Positions 24,141-36,804 are shown, counted from the whole stretch's first letter. The stretch is 63,844 nt of DNA, filler included, from Octopus bimaculoides (GCF_001194135.2; 12 parts of 11 records of this genome joined end to end with filler, not necessarily neighbours in it), one strand, 5' to 3'. The notes: generated from the letters alone by a model not told the origin. Translations and numbers: made by a program.

Positions 24141-24221
24141 AGATTAGTATGCTGAATAATATGCATATATCTCCTTACAATCTTTTTACACCTAACCACC
24201 ATCTGTATATATGTTTGTATG

Positions 24222-24319
<98 letters not shown>

Positions 24320-25007
24320 NNNNNNNNNNNNNNNNNNNNNNNNNNNNNNNNNNNNNNNNNNNNTTAATTAATTAANNNNNNNNNNNNNNNNNNNNNNNNN
24401 NNNNNNNNNNNNNNNNNNNAGAAAGAAAGAAAGAAAGAAAGATGAATAAAGGGAATTGAAAGAGAAATAGACAGAGGTGGAGAGATACATAGAAAAGAAG
24501 GAGAGAGAGAGAGGATAAGAGAGACAGAGGGAGAGAAAGAACGACAGGAGAAAAGAAGAGAGAGAGAGAGCAAAGACAAGCCTTCAAATTTGTTCTCTAC
24601 TTTCAGTTTCAAATTCGCCATAGCGTCACAAATTCGTTGAAAAAAGCGCCATGTTGGGTGTAAAGTTTGTGGTTGTTTCGTTTATTTTTATGCATAAATT
24701 AAAAATGGCGTCCTACTGATTCGCGAATTTTTTTCTTTATATTTCTACTATATTAATCTTTATTAGTTTTTTTTTTCTTATATAAATTCCTTTACTGGTT
24801 TATTTTGTATTTGTTTTATTTTTTTTATATCTTTACACTGTTTCAACCGAATAACAAAATGCATAATAATGATAATTATAATAACAATAATAATAATAAT
24901 GATGATGATGATGATGATGATTTCATTTACTTGTCACAAGGGCGAAGGATGAGGGGGAGAATACAAAGACAAACATATGATGGTGGTGGTGGTTACTAAC
25001 ACCACCA

Positions 25008-25247
25008 CCATGCGATAAGGAAGAAAGAAAAGTCGAGAGATATGACAAGTTAGCTTGGGAAGTTAAGCAGTTGTGGTCGGTGAAAAAGGTAGCAGTAGTA
25101 CCAATAATTGTCGGAGCCCTGGGAACAGTGAGCAAAAATCTCGAGAAGTACATGGAACAAATAGGGGCTGCAATAAAGGTGGAACACTTTCAGAAAACAG
25201 CACTGCTTGGAACCGCTCGAATACTCCAGAAGGGGCTTGTGAAGTAA
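25008..25247 (+). pseudogene. R4/Dong-clade LINE endonuclease C-terminal fragment (second family)
   Basis: Open frame PCDKEERKVERYDKLAWEVKQLWSVKKVAVVPIIVGALGTVSKNLEKYMEQIGAAIKVEHFQKTALLGTARILQKGLVK*. Confidence 0.85.
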
Positions 25248-25276
25248 GCTTCTTAACACACTGCCACGCCTGCGCC

Positions 25277-25307
<31 letters not shown>

Positions 25308-26234
25308 ACAGTTATACACATGTATATATATATGTATGTATATTTAAATATATNNNNNNNNNNNNNNNNNNNNNNNNNNNNNNNNNNNNNNNNNNNNNNN
25401 NNNNNNNNNNNNNNNNNNNNNNNNNNNNNNNNNNNNNNNNNNNNNNNNNNNNNNNNNNNNNNNNNNNNNNNNNNNNNNNNNNNNNNNNNNNNNNNNNNNN
25501 NNNNNNNNNNNNNNNNNNNNNNNTATATATATATATACATACACACACACAAACGCACATTCACGCAAATGCATACATCAACACACACACAGATGCACAT
25601 AAATGCAAATATACACATACATACACATGTATACATAAATGCAAATCACACACACATATATATATACATAAATTCAAATACACACGTACACATATATATA
25701 TACAAATGCAAACATATATATACACACACTCACATACACACGCACGGACACATATGTATAAATACATAAATACAAATATATATACACACATATGCACACA
25801 CACATGCATATATATATGTATACATAAATACAAATATATATACACACATATATACATGTACGCATGCATACATATCTATAGAGAGACAGATACACCCCCT
25901 TTAGCACACGTGTGACAATATGTTGTCTTAAAACAAAACCAGAGCACTGAGATATCTCACCTATAGACAATCCGCTTGTCAGCTTTAACAGAAAGTTACA
26001 AGTGACGCTAACAATGACAAGAGGGAGAAAAGCCGCCATATTAACTAGTGATTCACCTCAACTGAGCCTTAGTACGCATGAGTGAATCGCAGCTTGTCAC
26101 TGCGCCTGCGGCACTCATGTGTTTCCGACGCCATGTTTAACAGGCCTTTTGTTCAACCTTTACTCTGTATGTAAATATTTTTGTTGCTGTTTTTACTGCT
26201 GCTTCTGCTGTTGTTGTTGTTGTTGCTGTTGTTA

Positions 26235-26273
<39 letters not shown>

Positions 26274-26866
26274 TTGTACTTCTGTGTGTATGTGAGTGTG
26301 TGTAAGAGACTCTAGTTACGTGTTGGTTTTCATAAATTATCCGAAGGAATTATTGTTGTTGTNNNNNNNNNNNNNNNNNNNNNNNNNNNNNNNNNNNNNN
26401 NNNNNNTTAATTAATTAANNNNNNNNNNNNNNNNNNNNNNNNNNNNNNNNNNNNNNNNNNNNTATATACGCATATATATATATACACGCATATATATATA
26501 TATACATATATACATATATATGTATGTATGTATATATATATATATACATATATATACATATATGTATGTATGTGTGTATGTATGTATTCGGCGTTTTATC
26601 TTCCCTTCTCATTTCCATATAGCGGGAATGGTTGAATACTTAACTATTCACAAAACTATTCGCATTCGCTCCCTGTAAAATCCCCCTTCAGCTCACACCC
26701 AATATAAGCACTCCTGTTCTCACTACGAACAACAATGCACTCTTTAGCCTTCCATACTTATTTCCATATACCCTTTATCCTCTCCTTTTTCCCTTTTTTT
26801 TTTTTTCCTTTATGTCCATCCTCTCCCGCAGTCATGTTTTTATATAATTTTATGTCCATCACCTTA

Positions 26867-26981
<115 letters not shown>

Positions 26982-27921
26982 AGAAGAGAAAGTGATTTGT
27001 TTATGCAGAGACGTCAGTAAAGAACATTTGTACAAACCGGGTCTAATATATTCTAAAGTGCTCCATAAACTATTTAACGATTTCAGAACTATGACAATTG
27101 TGTACGATATAAGAAAAGACATTGAAGAACAAGAATTATTCTGCAAAAGAAAACATTAAAAAAAGTATGTAATAAATAACTGATGTATTCCGTGAATATC
27201 CAAAGTTTTCTTAAGTAATTGCCTGGTCTCTTCAGCCAGATTGCTAAGAGAAAAATACGTATGCTAGACTGCTTTGTATAAGCGGAAGTTACCTAAGTAA
27301 GACCTTGGGTGACGCTAGATTTTTTGCTTCCTTTTGCCGTTTGTGAGGGAAGTTTTAATAAATTAGGAGTTTATCGTGTGAAGCATTCACCATACTCAAT
27401 GGTACGCATGGCATTTAGGTTCGACGACTATCTAACAATACCGTGGGCACTCAGAAATTCCGGGTTGAATGTCCGGTTTACAGGAAGACCACCGAGAGTG
27501 AGGCACCCCTCTGTTTTTATTAAAACATGTCTCTAGAAGGTGACTCTGATATAAAACTGGATTTGCAGGGAATGGCATTGGACATTTTGGTGATCTTTTG
27601 CTTGCACTTGAGATCGTGACGTTCAAACATTCCTGAGCCTGCGACCCATATTGGCACTGTATATCTTACCTCATATCAGTAGGGTGGCGAGGGTCTATGA
27701 GGCGTCGCACAAGCCTTATCAGCCCTAAAATTTTACATGGATATTGCTGACATTCTACATGAACGTTGCTGATGGTGAACATAATAATGTTTTTATTTGT
27801 CAGTGATGGTCTTCCTCGGTCATCGAGTGGACAGCCGCCATGCATGTATGTATGTATGTAGGTAGGTAGGTAGGTAGGTTGGTAGGTAGGTAGGTAGGTA
27901 GGTAGGTAGGTAGATAAGTGT

Positions 27922-28020
27922 GAAGGCGCGTTGCTTAGTGGTTAGAGTAATTGGTTCATGATCATAAAGTCGTGAGTTCGATTCCTAGAAGCGCGTTGTG
28001 TCCTGAGCAAGTCACTTTAT
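27922..28020 (+). mobile_element. tRNA-derived SINE head
   Basis: GGCGCGTTGCTTAGTGGTTAGAGT (A box), GAGTTCGATTCC (B box), then GCGTTGTGTCCTGAGCAAGTCACTTT. Confidence 0.7.
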
Positions 28021-28397
28021 TTATATATATATAAAGAGAGAGAGAGAGAGAGAGAGAGAGACTCACACACATTTATAATTCTAAGGAGATGTAGACTACT
28101 TGCTGGTATGGGTCTTTTTTGAATGTGATAAGGATAATAAAGATGAATGTAGCTATATCACCATTTCTCTCTCTTGACCCCTATTATTTTCTTCTGTCTC
28201 TCGAAATTATAGTAGGCTTTAGGTATTTTTCAGTTCTATATTTAAGAGGTATTTTCCCCCTAAATTCATTCTGCTACAACAATAGTAAAAAGAAGCAATG
28301 TAATTATTTTGATCTGTAGTACTGATGAAAAATTCGCTATGAATTCTTTGTTATAAAATTATAATGTAATTATGATGTAATAACCAGTTGATCTAGC

Positions 28398-28650
28398 AAG
28401 CGGGGCCTCATATCAGTGAGGGGGGCCAGTGCGCATTGATGCCGCCAAGAGGTAGGCTCCGAAACGGTGCGCATTCTCTTCGGCTTCCGGTATGCGACTG
28501 GTAGCATGTGCAAGTTGTTTGCAAGACATTCTGTATGTTGGAAATCTATGTGGTCATACGCATCCGAAGAGAGCGATTTATTTCAAATTGATGTAATGTT
28601 TGCATTGATCGATTAAACGGAGCCGCTTGAAACGGCCGTAATGCACTAAT
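28398..28650 (+). other. GC-rich structured segment with two degenerate HHR-like motifs flanking a long hairpin
   Basis: TGCGCA-TTGATGG...GAAACGG-TGCGCA (28429-28473); TCTCTTCGG/CCGAAGAGA stem; TGCA-TTGATCGA-ttAAACGG(ag)CCGCTT-GAAA-CGGCCG-TA-ATGCA (28601-28645). Confidence 0.4.
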
Positions 28651-29782
28651 ACCTGGACATCCTTGTTACTTATTTGCATTTTATTCACCTAACCTCGAGC
28701 TGTGTACAATGCCAGACTGACTTGGTACCTCAACCTAAGTATCTAATTCATTTGAATCTGAATTATATATACCTCTTACTCTTACATGGTTCCGGGTTCA
28801 GTGTCACTGCGTGGCACCTTGGGCTAGTGTCTTTTACTATAGTCTCAGGCCGACCAAAGCGGTGGTTCTAGGATCAAAACAATGATTTGCCAAATATTTA
28901 CTTATACAAGACGCGCAGCTGCCGTTTTTGTCTTTTGGAGAAACTTCGCATACTTCGCATAAAAGCCGATTCTATACCTTGAAATGAATTGTCAATTTGC
29001 TGCTATCAACGAGGTTCTTTCCTATGGCTAATACCATTCTATAAGCTTTATTTCACATATTGAAGTAGCACATTGCACTCTTTAATTAATCATTAGTCAT
29101 TAAATTATTAGCTGTAAATACCATTTCATAAATTTTCAGCTGGTCGTTAATTAAACAATGTCTATTTATTCACAACGCAGATAAATCAGAAGAACCGGAA
29201 GTGCTACTCATAAATATGTATTGTTTACTTAATTGCAAGTAGTCAAAATTACAAATACGCAAATTTAAGTATCCACTATGGTGCTAGCCTAATTTATGAC
29301 AATTTTGTAAACACTTGAGTTATTGATTAATGAAGGAATCTGCGAACGACTTCTGTGAGGTGTGTTCAACAAACCATGAAACCGTTTGTTTGGAGACTCC
29401 CCTCTTTTTCGGGATATCAGTAATATAGGAAGAATACGTTTACATTCTTATTTAACTTACAGTAAGGCTTAATATATATGGATACTTAGATGTGCATACA
29501 TATACGTATGCTTTTATATGTGTGTGCATGCTTGTATTTATATATACATATATAGACTGATAGAGATATTACATACACACACATACACACACATGCATAT
29601 ACATACATATATTGATATATAATCTCTCTCTCACACATTCTCTTTCTCTGTATATATATATATATATNNNNNNNNNNNNNNNNNNNNNNNNNNNNNNNNN
29701 NNNNNNNNNNNTTAATTAATTAANNNNNNNNNNNNNNNNNNNNNNNNNNNNNNNNNNNNNNNNNNNNTACACTATACATATA

Positions 29783-30030
29783 CAAGGTTTATGCCAGAAG
29801 GTATGGAGACTCTTTGAGGAGAGACATTTATCAATTTTAAAGTCGTACAAAACTCTAATCTCCTTCGAAGTAGTGCCCGCTGACTTCAATGCATGTGTTG
29901 TAGCGTTCCAGCCACTTCGTTAAGGACCGATTGTCGTCCTCCGAAATGAAGGTATCCAGTAACCTTCTCAAAGCTCCGTCGTTTCTTCAATTTCCGTCAT
30001 TTCCTCACGAACAGAAGTAACGGGGTATCA
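29783..30030 (-). mobile_element. mariner 3' end with TIR
   Basis: Minus translation LLDTFISEDDNRSLTKWLERYNTCIEVSGHYFEGD*; TA|CAAGGTTTATGCCAGAAGGTATGGAGAC TIR. Confidence 0.8.
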
Positions 30031-30350
30031 TGTGTTGAGAAGAATTCTTAAGGGTTTGGATAATTGACCTCTGGAAGCAGGGGTGTTTCGTTCAACATCC
30101 TTAAACAATCCTTATTCAGGGATCTTTTTGAGCGGGAGAGGGTGCTAGGCCTGAAGAAAAATCTAACTGGGCCCCACCTGCAATATCATGCGCTATTTAT
30201 CTTGATTGGAGATCACTACTTCGTGTACATATGGTTGTGATTCATGTGCCTGGTGATAGTAGTCATGATGGGTATACTGGGCTTCGTATATTTACATTAT
30301 TTACATTATTTACAATTGATGGATATTTATCCTCACCTTGTTTGTTGTTA

Positions 30351-30394
30351 ACACAAAGTTTCGGTTGATATACCCTCCAGCCTTCATCAGGTGT
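30351..30394 (-). ncRNA. Minimal type I hammerhead ribozyme motif (Penelope pLTR type)
   Basis: Minus strand: ACAC-CTGATGA-A-GGCTG(gagggtatat)CAACC-GAAA-CT-TT-GTGT; core perfect; one mismatch each in stems II and III. Confidence 0.6.
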
Positions 30395-30619
30395 CTTAGG
30401 GGAATTTCGAATCTGGGTTCTCATTCCTGAGGTATTTTTCGATGTTATTATTATTATTNNNNNNNNNNNNNNNNNNNNNNNNNNNNNNNNNNNNNNNNNN
30501 NNNNNNNNNNNNNNNNNNNNNNNNNNNNNNNNNNNNNNNNNNNNNNNNNNNNNNNNNNAAATAGGTTTTTAGTCTTTGTACCTGACTGTTCTTCTGAAAC
30601 TCTTCTACTACTTATTAAA

Positions 30620-30860
30620 AAATTTATCAAACCAGGGACGAGTATATATTCTGATTGTCGGAGTGCGTCGCGCTAGATAGTCGTTTTAGGATCGACTAGT
30701 CACGACTAGCTAGCGCGAGTGTGCGTGTGTGCGCACCGGGACCACTCTTCTTGATAATAGTACGTGATAAGAATAAACACTGTTTCAATTTCACTCCTTT
30801 ATTGTAAGTCAATTGTTGTCATTCAGTTGTTTATCGAAGTCCTGTCACGACTTCATCAAT
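30620..30860 (+). mobile_element. Possible solo LTR
   Basis: CpG-rich block followed by AATAAA (30772) and an R/U5-like tail ending ...CTTCATCA; no partner LTR or TSD confirmed. Confidence 0.25.
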
Positions 30861-30939
30861 ATCATATCCTTTCTCCTCCACGTCTGTTCTGAGTCTCAGA
30901 ACGCATGTAAATATGTAAGGCTGTATATGTATATTGTGG

Positions 30940-31030
30940 ATTCGTCTACCTTGGCCTTAATGATATTCGTTCGCAATGGCAAGCTTTGGGCCAGCCATTA
31001 TGAGCCCTTCCATTTCTTTCCTAAGGTTTT
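30940..31030 (-). pseudogene. R4/Dong LINE fragment upstream of the zinc knuckle
   Basis: LRKEMEGLIMA / QSLPLRTNIIKAKVDES across a frameshift (cf. ETEGLIMAAQEQALRTN.IKAKIDK). Confidence 0.5.
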
Positions 31031-31082
31031 TCTCTCTTCAGCCATAACCAAGATTCCTCTGCTGTTGTTGTTGTTGTTGTTG

Positions 31083-31175
31083 TTGGCACTCCGTCGCTTG
31101 CGACGTCGAGGGTTCCAGTTGATCCAATCAACAGAACAGCCTGCTCGTGGAATTAACGTGCAAGTGGCTGAGCAC
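31083..31175 (-). mobile_element. OR1-like SINE 3' end with (CAA)n tail
   Basis: Reverse complement of GTGCTCAGCCACTTGCACGTTAAT matches 16662-16685; poly(TTG) at 31063-31084. Confidence 0.8.
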
Positions 31176-31915
31176 NNNNNNNNNNNNNNNNNNNNNNNNN
31201 NNNNNNNNNNNNNNNNNNNNNNNNNNNNNNNNNNNNNNNNNNNNNNNNNNNNNNNNNNNNNNNNNNNNNNNNNNNNNNNNNNNNNNNNNNNNNNNNNNNN
31301 NNNNNNNNNNNNNNNNNNNNNNNNNNNNNNNNNNNNNNNNNNNNNNNNNNNNNNNNNNNNNNNNNNNNNNNNNNNNNNNNNNNNNNNNNNNNNNNNNNNN
31401 NNNNNNNNNNNNNNNNNNNNNNNNNNNNNNNNNNNNNNNNNNNNNNACAAGCAATATCAAGCCCTCACCAGTAAACTCAATATGCTAGAAATAACAGCTA
31501 TCTGGAAAATATTCTTTCCTTGATTTAATGACCCTTTTGTTTCTTTCTACATCTCAACTCTCCATTTCTATTTCAGTTTTGGTGCCATGTCATGAGGGAA
31601 AGTTGTATGGGGTGAATGATGTCATTAACCAATTCTGAAGGATTGCCAAATCTTTTACATCAGCGCTGGATTAACCATTAACCAAAATAAGCACATGCTT
31701 AGAGTATCAAGGAAAAAAAGTCACCACAGAAATGGTAAATGGTTTATGACACACACAAAAAAAAAAAAAACTATTTTAAACTTGCTAAAATAATATTTGA
31801 AGTGGTTTATATTATCAGAAATATAATTTTAAAGTAGTGTTCATGGTGCCATGGTAAGAATCTCATGAAAGACTTTGCAATTAAAAAACTAAAAGAACGC
31901 TTTTCATATATAAAG

Positions 31916-32165
31916 TGGAGGCTGTGTGGTAAGTAGCTTGCTTACCAACCACATGGTTCCGGGTTCATTCCCACTGCGTAGTGGCACTTTGGGCAAGTGT
32001 CTTCTACTATAGCCTCGGGCAGACCAAAGCCTTGTGAGTGGATTTGGTAGATGGAAACTGAAAGAAGCCCGTCGTATATATGTATATATATATATGTATG
32101 TGTGTGTGTGTGTCTGTGTGTGTCCCCCAACATCGCTTGACAACCGATGCTGGTGTGTTTGCATC
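31916..32165 (+). mobile_element. OK-like SINE, 5' two-thirds
   Basis: GGCTGTGTGGTAAGTAGCTTGCTTACCAACCACATGGTTCCGGGTTCA... Confidence 0.88.
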
Positions 32166-32369
32166 CACAGATGCCAGTCAAGCAGAGCTGTCATCAAATT
32201 TGATTTCGATTTCACTTGCTTCAACAGGTCTTCGCAAGCATAGTTTAGTGTCCAATGAAGGAAAGATACACATAAGTGGTCTGGTTACACCACTGGCATA
32301 GGCCACAGGTTATGGTCTCACTTGGCTTGTACTCACTGTCAAAATTAGACTTCAAAACACGATTTTACG

Positions 32370-32645
32370 CAATCTCCAATTCATGGCACTATGAATCACT
32401 CTCATAATTTTGTGGACCCAAAAAGTGGTCCACAATCATGTGGAGGCATAAATTCAGATCGAGCAGAGACATGTGACGGCTGCATATAGACAAGGCCATT
32501 GTTGGCAAAGTCTGTAAATCTAATGGACCCAGGTTCCACATTTGCCATTATGAATGCCTCCAGTGTCTGCCTTTCTATCCAGAACATGTTGCAGGTATCC
32601 TGTCTTCTGAATCTTCGTGTATAAACCAACAACCACCGAATATCT
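32370..32645. pseudogene. Merlin/IS1595 (ISXO2-like) transposase remnant, split between strands
   Basis: Minus strand: FWIERQTLEAFIMANVEPGSIRFTD; plus strand (32385-32450): HGTMNHSHNFVDPKSG..NHVEA. Confidence 0.65.
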
Positions 32646-33171
32646 GCATTACTCTAACTCATTTTCTATGAAGGACAGCTGCTACGGATGTTGTTTAGTG
32701 CTTATATGAAACTAGGTGGCCCCTTGCTGTCAAAAATGATGGTTAATTGCAGTGTTTATAAGGTACAAAACCAAAATTCTTTTATTATCAAATTTTTTTT
32801 TGTGTGAAAAATCTATCCGCAACTAACATTCCTTGACTGCTTGTTTGCTTCAAAAGAATTTTAGTTTTCTTTCCTTCTTGTACGACTTAAGGCCACATAA
32901 AGCTAGCCATGACTAAATTACTGAAAGAACACTGGGTAAAAATTTCTTAATATAAATAAAGGACATGTATAAATTGTTAAATTAAGATGTGTATTTATAA
33001 TATACCTTTCAACTGCTGTCGTTTTATATGCTTTATACACTCAGGTAATAATTATTTTCTCTAATGAGTTTGTATATGCTTGTGTAGGTGTGTGTGATTA
33101 TAATAATTATTTTTAACAAAACAGATTGACTATGGATGGTAAATCAAATTAATACACTAAATTCAAAATTT

Positions 33172-33435
33172 GCCAGTGCCACTGGACTGGCTCCTGTGCA
33201 GGTGGCATGTAAAAAACACCATTTTGAGCGTGGCTGTTGCTAGTACCGCCTGACTGGCCTTCGAGCCGGTGGCACGTAAAAGCACCTACTACACTCTTGG
33301 AGTGGTTGGCATTAGGAAGGGCATCCAGCTGTAGAAACCTTGCCAGATCAGATTGGAGCCTGGTGCAGCCTTCTGGCTCGCCAGTCCTCAGTCAAACCGT
33401 CCAACCCATGCTAGCATGGAAAGCGGACGTTAAAC
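33172..33435 (+). mobile_element. SINE with GAGTGGTTGGCATTAGGAAGGGCATCCAGCTGTAGAAAC core and (GAT)n tail
   Basis: Near-identical core at 37960-38100 and 40443-40605; internal repeat CTGACTGGC...GGTGGCACGTAAAAGCACC. Confidence 0.8.
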
Positions 33436-33807
33436 GATAATGCTGATAATGATGATGATGATGATGATGATGTGATAATTACTGTATACCTNNNNNNNNN
33501 NNNNNNNNNNNNNNNNNNNNNNNNNNNNNNNNNNNTTAATTAATTAANNNNNNNNNNNNNNNNNNNNNNNNNNNNNNNNNNNNNNNNNNNNCCAAACCTC
33601 TTTCACTTCTCCCTCCTCTCTCTCTCATAATCTCCTGTCTCTCTCACTTTCTCTCTCATATGCTTCTGTATCTCTCTCTTTTGCATACTTCCCTCCCCCC
33701 CTCTCTCTCTCTGTTTGTGTAGCAAAATGGATAATTATTACTTTCTGTGTAGTCTTACTGCAATTAACTGACATAGAAGTAATTATGAAAACAGGTGTGT
33801 GTGTGTC

Positions 33808-33856
<49 letters not shown>

Positions 33857-34614
33857 AAAGAGGGAAGTGGGAAAGAGAAAAGGAAGAAGCAAGAGAGAAA
33901 GAAGTATATATATGTGTGTGTGTATATGTATATATATGCAAACACATGTATATACATATATATACATATATATATACATACTCACATACATACATACATA
34001 CTCACACATATACATATATACATACTCACATACATACACACATACATACACACTTATCTATATGTATACATATATTAATTGCAGCTATCTCTATACACAT
34101 TTGTGGTTAAATGATTGATATTCTCCTCTTTATCCATAAATTCTAATTCAGTTTGTAGATATTTTTGGACAGCAGGTGACAGGGGGATTTCGTTTCCAAT
34201 CAGTGTCTGTTTATTATTATGCAATCAGCATCAAATTCATCATCATCATAATATATATTCATTATCCAGTATTGTTTTTTTACTACTACTACTACTATTA
34301 CTACTACTACTACTACTACTATTACTACATTCTACTATTACTACTACCACCATCACCACAAATGTGTATAGAGATAGCTGCAATTACACACGCACATATA
34401 CACACACAGAGTTGAAATGTTCTTTTTAGCACTTCCATTGCACACACACACACCTTCCTTTTACATACATACTCACATATACACTCACACAGAGTTGAAA
34501 TGCTCCCACTACTAGTTTGCCAACACCCCTTCCTTCCTTATTCATCTATAACCCCTTTCTTTCTCATTCATATGTTGTGACGAAGAAAAACACCAGAGTA
34601 TTATTATAGTAGAT

Positions 34615-34925
34615 TATTATCCACCCGTCCATCTTCTCTGCCCACTATTCCTGGGACGATCATGGGGTAATATCCTCAGGCACCTCCTCCATAGGGTCCT
34701 ATCAGAAGCAACTGCCATTAGCCTTCACAGCTGGATTCCCAAATGTGACCATCTGAGTCTATGGATATTATCCTACCATCTCATTCTTGGTCTACCGCTA
34801 GGTCTTCTACCAGTTGGCTTCACTTGAAGAGTCTGTTGTATGGTTCTTTCTTGTGACATTCTAACCACACGTTCAGAGTCCTGGATCTGTGACCTCTCAA
34901 TGCAGAGAAATAGTGGCTTGACCTG
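34615..34925 (-). pseudogene. RTE-clade (Expander/Rex3-like) LINE C-terminal fragment
   Basis: QVKPLFLCIERSQ...VRMSQER...KPTGRRPSGRPRMRW*DNIHRLRWSHLGI...VASDRTLWRRCLRILP. Confidence 0.8.
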
Positions 34926-36710
34926 TTGTTGTTGTTATTATTAAACAATATTTTATTAGCTATAGCTGTGCATGCATGTATTAATGTTGTCAAACGTTAT
35001 TGCATAACATTTTACCATTAAACATTACCGTTATTCTTATTATCCAATTTAATTCTTTGGATTATGAAAGGATAAAGCATTCTTCTGGCACTATCTATCT
35101 TAGACAGATCAGTGCTTTCCTTCGGTGGGTGCAGGGGTAAAAGTGTACAAAGATAAATCGAGAGATTAATAATAGCAATAACTATGAACATGATAATGAT
35201 TTCATGATGATTAATAAAATATTGATGCTAATAATAAGTAATAAAAATTACTCTATTATTACCACTACTATTACGACTACTACTAATAATAGTAATATTA
35301 ATAATAATCATAACGACAGCAATAATAATTGATTGCTTGTGTGTGTTATGTAATTGATTAAAAATGCCTTTTTCAAAAAGCACTCGGCAAAATTGGAAAC
35401 ACTTGAATTTTCCAAGTTATTAGTTCTGTGAGATGATTAGCTGGTCTCCCTGATTGATGTAATATTATAGTCAAGTTGACGTGAGGTCATTATGTAGAAT
35501 GATTTCATTAGAAAACTGCTTCATTCCTTATTTATTCTTCATATTTATGCCTTTTGTCTTTAATGAGACTTCTTTCTTTATTTCTTTGTTTTTTCCTTTT
35601 TTTGTTTTTGTTTTTTGTTGGAGGAGTTTTTGTTCTGTTTGTTTTATGATGTGCTTTAATGTTCTTAAAATTATATGTGAAAATATTGCTGGAGTTAGCA
35701 ACGTTATTGTAATTGATTCTCTTCTTAGATTTTCCGTGTGTCTATTTTGTGTAATTGAAAACCACTTGTTACTTGTTCATTTGCATGTGTGATGTCTGTG
35801 TGGTTTACGTATGTGTGATGTAACATGTATGCGTTACATTTGTCAATGTTTGTCACTTCANNNNNNNNNNNNNNNNNNNNNNNNNNNNNNNNNNNNNNNN
35901 NNNNNNNNNNNNNNNNNNNNNNNNNNNNNNNNNNNNNNNNNNNNNNNNNNNNNNNNNNNNNNNNNNNNNNNNNNNNNNNNNNNNNNNNNNNNNNNNNNNN
36001 NNNNNNNNNNNNNNNNNNNNNNNNNNNNNNNNNNNNNNNATATATATGTCTGTATCATTATTATTCACACAGACATGCATACACACACACACTCTCTCTC
36101 TCTCTCCCTCACTTTCTTCATTCTTGTCTTGATACGTGTGAACATGCATGTGTTTCTCATTTATATTCATATATACATTTATCTAATTATATATGAAAAT
36201 TAATGTGTATGTGCGTGTTTGTGAGTGTAAGGGAGAAATATTTGTATGTGCATGTGTGTGTATTTGTGTATGTGTGTCTACACTACACACCACATGCAAT
36301 TTATTAAATCTGCTCTTTAACAAATGTTAAACTCTTTCCTTCATCCAGTAATAAAATTAGCTTTCGGAGTATTTGTCATAGATTTTAATATCCAGCTATT
36401 GTTAATTATTAAAATAATTTTCTCTTAGAACCCTTTAATTTGTTTAGAATTACCCTTTAAGCATCAACAACAACATAATTAATTATTCCCTTTCAGATCT
36501 CTCTTTCTACTTTCTTTGAATTTATTTTCAATATTGTCATTTCATTGAATTGTATTGACCAATTAAATTTAAATTGACAGTAAGTTTAATGAGAAATAGT
36601 TACAAAGATATATTTTCAAAATAAAAAATAAATAAAACTAAACAAAAAAAAATGTCCATCCAAGAATCCGTTCTGCATTGTGAATTAACCAAGATATTTA
36701 AAAAGTTTTA

Positions 36711-36746
<36 letters not shown>

Positions 36747-36804
36747 CATCGTAGTGTATGTGTGTGTGAACATGTGTGTGTGAACATGTGTGTGTGTGTG
36801 TGTA

